Positions 61,601-64,000 of a stretch of DNA of 64,000 bases are shown here, piece by piece. The notes beneath the pieces were generated by a model. The model saw only the letters and a program-made list of their open reading frames with translations, was not told the DNA's origin and made no database searches. The translations under genes and the position numbers were made by a program. Source of the DNA: Podarcis tiliguerta (lineage: Eukaryota); assembly GCA_965153285.1 (NCBI GenBank), contig OZ229116.1, one strand, 5' to 3'. Position 1 is the first letter of the stretch. Each line of letters starts with the position of its first letter.

Positions 61601-61705
61601 TGGAAAGTGTCAGCCATCACTGTAGTAAGCTGTCTTCCACTTTATATTCTGAAGTACTTAAAACGTAAATTTTCTCCTCCAAGTTATTCCAAACTTACCT
61701 CGTAA
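3033..61705 (+). CDS. ATP9B: ATP9B phospholipid-transporting P4-ATPase IIB, 5'-partial spliced CDS (21 exons, 829 aa + stop)
   Basis: 21 exons with GT-AG boundaries and compatible phases sum to 2490 nt with no internal stop. Motifs seen: IPISL, DKTGTLT, KGAD, TGD, GDGGND. Paralog-diagnostic segments ([49 protein letters not shown]) match ATP9B rather than ATP9A as I recall the proteins. Confidence 0.97.
3315..3835. mobile_element. Tc1/mariner (pogo/Tigger-like) non-autonomous element with an internal minisatellite
   Basis: 22-bp TIR CAGTGGTGCC(T/C)CGCAAGACGAA with 1 mismatch, TA on both flanks, CpG-rich. Confidence 0.88.
3431..3594. repeat. 52-bp unit minisatellite (3 perfect copies plus a partial copy)
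   Basis: tattagcggctattaaaggcttaagggattagcggattagctgctaaaaggc starts at 3431, 3483, 3535 and partly at 3587. Confidence 0.92.
4105..4181 (+). CDS. ATP9B: ATP9B exon ([26 protein letters not shown])
   Basis: ttgcAG acceptor, GTAAGC donor, 77 nt; P4-ATPase VxYTGxET motif. Confidence 0.96.
4584..4692. mobile_element. Old palindromic MITE-like repeat (related copies near 27188-27280 and 44846-44975)
   Basis: Shared tactcag.gtagac.ca.tgaaattaatg ... ttcaatgggtct imperfect fold-back, seen several times in the window. Confidence 0.55.
6979..7214. mobile_element. Tc1/mariner (Tigger-like) MITE
   Basis: CAGTGGTACCT...AGGTACCACTG termini, TA flanks, internal aacctgaa sub-repeats. Confidence 0.85.
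8483..8637 (-). mobile_element. Short tRNA-derived SINE with a CR1-type 3' tail
   Basis: Minus strand reads GCTGGGATAGCTCAGT (A box)...GGGTTTGAGCC (B box)...GGTCCCTTCAACTCTACAATTCTATGATT. Confidence 0.75.
10829..11187 (-). mobile_element. Sauria SINE, full length, with TSD
   Basis: Reverse complement of the 1954 family; 12-bp TSD GAAT(A/G)CCAGGTA at 10817 and 11188. Confidence 0.92.
11355..12185 (-). mobile_element. L2-clade LINE, 5'-truncated and decayed
   Basis: Minus-strand peptide [23 protein letters not shown]...[17 protein letters not shown]...KLQLMQNSA is typical of the L2 ORF2 C-terminus; (TAAA)n tail at 11355. Confidence 0.85.
13649..13784. mobile_element. hAT-type palindromic MITE (136 bp)
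   Basis: TIR CAGGCATAGGCAAACTC(G/A)GCCC; perfect 8-bp TSD CTTTATAA at 13641 and 13785. Confidence 0.9.
15614..15857. other. N block (244 nt)
   Basis: Run of N. Confidence 0.99.
17985..18148 (+). mobile_element. Retroposon 3' end with a (CCT)n tail; second copy at 57450-57530
   Basis: gccgctttgagactcct...tagtgataaag..ggatatcaaatccaaactc is shared with 57475-57528, followed here by about 14 CCT units. Confidence 0.7.
18992..19220. mobile_element. Tc1/mariner (Tigger-like) MITE
   Basis: CAGTCATACCT...AGGTACCACTG imperfect TIR, TA flanks, CpG-rich. Confidence 0.8.
22718..23089. other. Two N blocks separated by a 12-nt island (22946-22957)
   Basis: Runs of N. Confidence 0.99.
24205..24278. mobile_element. 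Miniature inverted-repeat element, hAT-Blackjack/Tip100-like ends
   Basis: 16-bp perfect inverted arms GGGTTGCCATACGTCC at 24207-24222 and 24262-24277. Confidence 0.6.
25398..25558 (+). CDS. ATP9B: ATP9B exon, TM3-TM4 ([10 protein letters not shown]...FSYIIPIS)
   Basis: cctttAG acceptor, GTATGT donor, 161 nt; hydrophobic helices, first part of the PISL motif. Confidence 0.96.
25664..26681. mobile_element. Young non-autonomous hAT DNA transposon (1018 bp) with GC/CpG-rich interior
   Basis: Perfect 17-bp TIR CAGTGGCGTAGCGTGGG; perfect 8-bp TSD GTAGGAAA at 25656 and 26682; no transposase ORF. Confidence 0.93.
29661..29940 (-). mobile_element. L2 LINE internal fragment (same family as 11590-11850)
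   Basis: Colinear similarity: attccacaag..gggagccac..cagaaaaggcc..ttctcatgttgcca...gaggtattg.ggtcctgag. Confidence 0.75.
30076..30111. repeat. (GATA)n microsatellite
   Basis: Read directly. Confidence 0.95.
30526..30668 (+). CDS. ATP9B: ATP9B exon (LRVNLDMGK...[10 protein letters not shown]), contains the catalytic Asp
   Basis: ttttcAG acceptor, GTACAA donor, 143 nt; DKTG phosphorylation motif. Confidence 0.96.
31542..32122. other. Two N blocks separated by a 92-nt island (31707-31798)
   Basis: Runs of N. Confidence 0.99.
38086..38144. repeat. 28-bp tandem duplication
   Basis: atgtaatttactcttagataatttac at 38086 and 38114. Confidence 0.85.
38900..39012 (+). CDS. ATP9B: ATP9B exon ([15 protein letters not shown]...NSYSQ)
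   Basis: ttacAG acceptor, GTATTT donor, 113 nt; completes DKTGTLT. Confidence 0.96.
42352..42413. repeat. Compound (CA)n(GA)n microsatellite
   Basis: Read directly. Confidence 0.95.
42497..42537. repeat. (TA)n microsatellite about 45 nt upstream of an exon acceptor
   Basis: Read directly. Confidence 0.95.
42584..42832 (+). CDS. ATP9B: ATP9B exon (VHSQASG...LCHNVTP...YQASSPDE)
   Basis: ttttaaAG acceptor, GTAAGG donor, 249 nt; N-domain LCHNV and YQASSPDE motifs. Confidence 0.94.
42901..43180 (+). mobile_element. Sauria SINE, 5'-truncated, with TSD
   Basis: Homologous to about 2035-2337; (ACCTTT)n tail; 13-bp TSD TACAG(A/G)AAATGTA at 42888 and 43181. Confidence 0.9.
44212..44373. repeat. Perfect 67-bp inverted repeat with a 28-nt spacer
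   Basis: 44212-44278 is the exact reverse complement of 44307-44373. Confidence 0.97.
44379..44447. repeat. (TATTA)n-type AT microsatellite
   Basis: Read directly. Confidence 0.9.
46642..46668. repeat. (TG)n microsatellite
   Basis: Read directly. Confidence 0.95.
48149..48564. mobile_element. Old hAT (Charlie-like) non-autonomous element
   Basis: CAGG...CCTG termini; degenerate 8-bp TSD TTATGGAA / TTATAGAG. Confidence 0.55.
48697..48944. mobile_element. Tc1/mariner (Tigger-like) MITE
   Basis: CAGTCATACCTTGGA...TCCAAGGTACAACTG (13/15 TIR match); TA on the 5' flank. Confidence 0.75.
49127..49288 (+). CDS. ATP9B: ATP9B exon ([11 protein letters not shown]...[15 protein letters not shown])
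   Basis: ttatAG acceptor, GTAAGT donor, 162 nt. Confidence 0.96.
49528..49620 (+). CDS. ATP9B: ATP9B exon ([15 protein letters not shown]...WLEEE)
   Basis: cttgcAG acceptor, GTAAGA donor, 93 nt; KGAD motif. Confidence 0.96.
50755..51480 (-). mobile_element. Very decayed L2-like LINE fragment
   Basis: Patches resemble 11590-11940 (gggagagggaattccac, gaaaagaccc, agcacttcaaatt, gaattttgcag). Confidence 0.5.
51148..51207 (+). mobile_element. Sauria SINE 3' stub nested in the L2 remnant
   Basis: aaccccagagtcggtcacgactggacctaatggtcggggtccctttacctttaccttta. Confidence 0.85.
52182..52265 (+). CDS. ATP9B: ATP9B exon ([28 protein letters not shown])
   Basis: ttttAG acceptor, GTAAAA donor, 84 nt; GLRTL motif. 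Confidence 0.95.
52678..53142. mobile_element. hAT (Charlie-like) non-autonomous element
   Basis: CAGTGTTTTTCAGCC...GGTTGAAAATCTCTG imperfect TIR; 8-bp TSD CTCTAAGA / ATTTAAGA. Confidence 0.7.
53416..53586 (+). CDS. ATP9B: ATP9B exon (NRYNQAKLS...TGVEDQLQ...NAGIK)
   Basis: aaatAG acceptor, GTACTA donor, 171 nt. Confidence 0.95.
54511..54609 (+). CDS. ATP9B: ATP9B exon ([12 protein letters not shown]...HIFRP)
   Basis: tcatAG acceptor, GTAAGT donor, 99 nt; TGD motif. Confidence 0.96.
55588..55639. repeat. (GATA)n imperfect microsatellite
   Basis: Read directly. Confidence 0.95.
55685..55774 (+). CDS. ATP9B: ATP9B exon ([30 protein letters not shown])
   Basis: attaAG acceptor, GTAAGG donor, 90 nt. 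Confidence 0.95.
57173..57317 (+). CDS. ATP9B: ATP9B exon ([10 protein letters not shown]...[10 protein letters not shown]...TCAI-G)
   Basis: ttttgtAG acceptor, GTAAGC donor, 145 nt; CRxSPxQK motif. Confidence 0.96.
57626..57690 (+). CDS. ATP9B: ATP9B exon ([22 protein letters not shown])
   Basis: ttttcAG acceptor, GTATAT donor, 65 nt; GDGxND hinge motif. Confidence 0.96.
57951..58106 (+). CDS. ATP9B: ATP9B exon ([13 protein letters not shown]...GLIISTMQ)
   Basis: atttAG acceptor, GTATTT donor, 156 nt. Confidence 0.96.
58226..58290 (+). CDS. ATP9B: ATP9B exon ([22 protein letters not shown])
   Basis: cctctAG acceptor, GTAAGT donor, 65 nt. Confidence 0.95.
58868..58976 (+). CDS. ATP9B: ATP9B exon ([19 protein letters not shown]...YKDLTK)
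   Basis: ttctccctgAG acceptor (G at -3), GTAAGA donor, 109 nt; phase fits the preceding exon. Confidence 0.93.
59778..59835 (+). CDS. ATP9B: ATP9B exon ([20 protein letters not shown])
   Basis: cttttAG acceptor, GTAAGA donor, 58 nt. Confidence 0.95.
60186..60389 (+). CDS. ATP9B: ATP9B exon ([15 protein letters not shown]...FLNEYF)
   Basis: ttctcAG acceptor, GTGAGT donor, 204 nt; transmembrane segments. Confidence 0.96.
60904..60936 (+). CDS. ATP9B: ATP9B 33-nt frame-preserving micro-exon ([12 protein letters not shown])
   Basis: Long pyrimidine tract, gagcAG acceptor, GTAGGT donor, phase 1 to 1. The peptide matches the ATP9B long isoform as I recall it. Confidence 0.9.
61569..61705 (+). 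CDS. ATP9B: ATP9B terminal coding exon ([14 protein letters not shown]...[12 protein letters not shown])
   Basis: ctatAG acceptor; TAA stop at 61703-61705. Confidence 0.96.
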
Positions 61706-63515
61706 AAGTGACTGCACACCTGTGTTTTTTCCACCAATGTGACTATACCTAGAAATTGCTTCAAGCATTCACACTCGTACTTCAGTCTGTAATAGAGAGA
61801 AGAAAAATAATAACCAGAAAAATGGAGCAAACAGCACAAAAAAGATGGGGAACCTCTTCGAGGTGTTACAGTCAGCTTATTAGCAGAACTGTTCAGAACA
61901 TATTTCCTTTTGTACACAGCTTTTTTAAACTTCTGAGTTAACAGTGCTACTGAATTATTTAACTGCTACTGTAAAGGATTTATTCCTACTGCACTATTTT
62001 TCTGCACATGAAACTGAAAACATTTTTTCCTGTAAGCTCATAATTTACTGATAGACACATTCTTTCATTGGAATATTCATTCATTCCCACGTAAAAAAAA
62101 GTGTAACAAGCCTAGAAACTGTAAATGCGATTGTCTGTATTTGCTGCTCTATGTAACCGATATATGCACTATATGAATTATGTACAGCTGTCTGCGTAGC
62201 ACAGTATTTGTTTGGGATCTGTGGTCCTTTTTCCTCCCCTGTACTCTCCATTGCTAGCTGCATTAAGAAATCCGTGTCATAGATAGCAGCCTTTCAATTG
62301 CAGATGGAGGCCACATTGCACAAAACGTGATGGAAATAAATTCCTGTACATATTTACATTATACCTACCGATCTGTACAGATTGACCTAGACTTTACTGT
62401 TCAGTAAATGTTTTATAAACTCCTAGCTGCTTTGTATTTGTAAAGCTATACTCCAGAAGCGTAAGCGCATTACTGAACATTTCATATATAGAAATTAACC
62501 TTGGATGAAAGAAAATCCACCAACAATGGGTTCCGTGCAGCTTTCGTCATTTTAGTGGGGATTTTGCTCAAGCCCTATGGAAAATGGTTATGTAGCACCC
62601 ATGCTTAATGGATCATTCCCAAACAGTCTGTTCTGGGTGCAGGAGTTTCTGTGTCTATGCACAACTCCTCTTCCTGGAATGTTTCCCCCATTAATTTCAG
62701 TAGATGGAACTGATCCACATACATGGTTCCTCTTTGTACAATGTGGATTGACTTTCTGTTTGAAATAATGAGTGTCTCTCCACAAACTTCATTTGAACAT
62801 AGACTGTACATGGAACTCTTGAGTCAGGCAAGTACATGCACATTGTAATTGTTTTCTTAAGGTTACTCAGGTAAAAAGGATAAAATGGACAACATAATAA
62901 TAGTAGAAAATCCATCATCTTCCAAAACTTAATCTTTGTATTTCTGAGTTAGTTACAACAAAGAAAAGAAAATAACACACTCTAATCTGATGTAATCTTG
63001 ATGGATAGTTGTCTGAATCTTACGTACTGTATTATTATGCAGGATATTTTTTCTCCACAGTGCTGTTTCGTTTTTCAAGAAATAGATGTACCAGGTTATT
63101 TAGCTTAGTCAAGTACCAGCTGAAAGAATAAATATAATTTACCCATGCTTCTTTACTGAAAATAATAGCTTATTTGTATGTTTTAAGCAATTAAGCAAAT
63201 AATTGTATTTTGTATCGCATTGTTCTGTTAGACTATCTCACAACTCCTTTTATAGTTACTTAGAACCATCATCTTATGCCCTTCTTATTTTATAATGATG
63301 CTAATCTTGGACACCTCCACAGACAGACTGTTGCCAAGCTAGTTGAGCTACTATCCAACTCCATTTGTTTTGAAGATGTTTTAATAGCAACTGATCCTTG
63401 CTTCTTTTTTAATAAAAAAGCATTTTTTTTCATTATAAAAGCAATAAAACCTCATTTCTACCAAATATTATTATTGCAAGTTTGTAAAAATAAACATGTT
63501 TGGTAGTGTTTCTGT
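61706..63515 (+). other. ATP9B: Putative ATP9B 3' UTR (end approximate)
   Basis: Repeat-free AT-rich sequence after the stop codon, ending at a cluster of AATAAA signals. The cleavage site is inferred. Confidence 0.55.
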
Positions 63516-63530
63516 TATGCTTTGCTCATT
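63411..63530 (+). terminator. Candidate polyadenylation signal cluster
   Basis: AATAAA at 63411, 63443 and 63489; the last is followed by a GU/U-rich tract (gtttggtagtgtttctgttatgc). Confidence 0.5.
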
Positions 63531-64000
63531 AATTTTCTTTCTGTGAACTTATGGAACAATCAGTTAATCACAGTGCCCACTAGATGTCATCAGGTTGTTG
63601 TGGGGGGTGGGGGGGCGTTATGTGCTGGCACACTGCTCTGCTCATGATATGTGAAATCTGCTAAGCTTTTATATGTGCTGTGTTTTAATTATTGTAACTG
63701 AAAACAAAGCTAAAATACGTCCAGTTCTTTTGGAATACTTATAAATAAACAATTACAAATGACCATCAGCTTATGAACAGAGTAGTCAGCAATATTATAT
63801 CCAATGTCCATTTTCCATTGTAATTATTTATCCATATGTTCCAAGCAGGCAAAAACCTCACCGTGTTTAAATTCAGTACATGAACAAAAGGTGCTTGGTC
63901 ATCTTTTGATATTAAATAACTTTTATTGTGGGCTAAATTAATAAGAAAGAAAAACAGACCTGGTTTAACAAATGCAAGTAGTTTTACCTGAGCATATCTG

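Noticed and set aside
3033-61705. ATP9A identity, pseudogene status or U12-type introns
   Set aside because: Diagnostic residues and the micro-exon fit ATP9B, the spliced frame is intact, and no donor has the U12 GTATCCT/ATATCCT consensus.

Overview
Eukaryotic, vertebrate DNA, almost certainly a squamate and probably a lacertid lizard, judged from the Sauria SINEs and lizard-type MITEs. The window holds the 3' part of ATP9B, a P4-ATPase phospholipid flippase, on the + strand. I traced 21 GT-AG exons by hand from 3033 to the TAA stop at 61705. They join in one open frame of 2490 nt (829 aa + stop) and carry the PISL, DKTGTLT, KGAD, TGD and GDGGND motifs, a 33-nt micro-exon missed by the ORF track, and a roughly 1.8 kb 3' UTR. 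The 5' exons lie upstream of the window. The introns contain Sauria SINEs, L2 LINE remnants, Tc1/mariner (pogo/Tigger-like) and hAT non-autonomous elements, microsatellites, and long repeat-poor AT-rich tracts that look like conserved non-coding elements. I see no evidence for a wholly new gene system. The best leads are: (i) five N blocks that look like post-assembly masking inside CNE-like DNA and may hide ultraconserved enhancers; (ii) a young 1018-bp hAT element with perfect TIR/TSD carrying CpG-island-like cargo; (iii) a perfect 67-bp inverted duplication; (iv) the regulatory architecture of the micro-exon; (v) a rare GAG splice acceptor. Almost all other entries in the ORF track are spurious.
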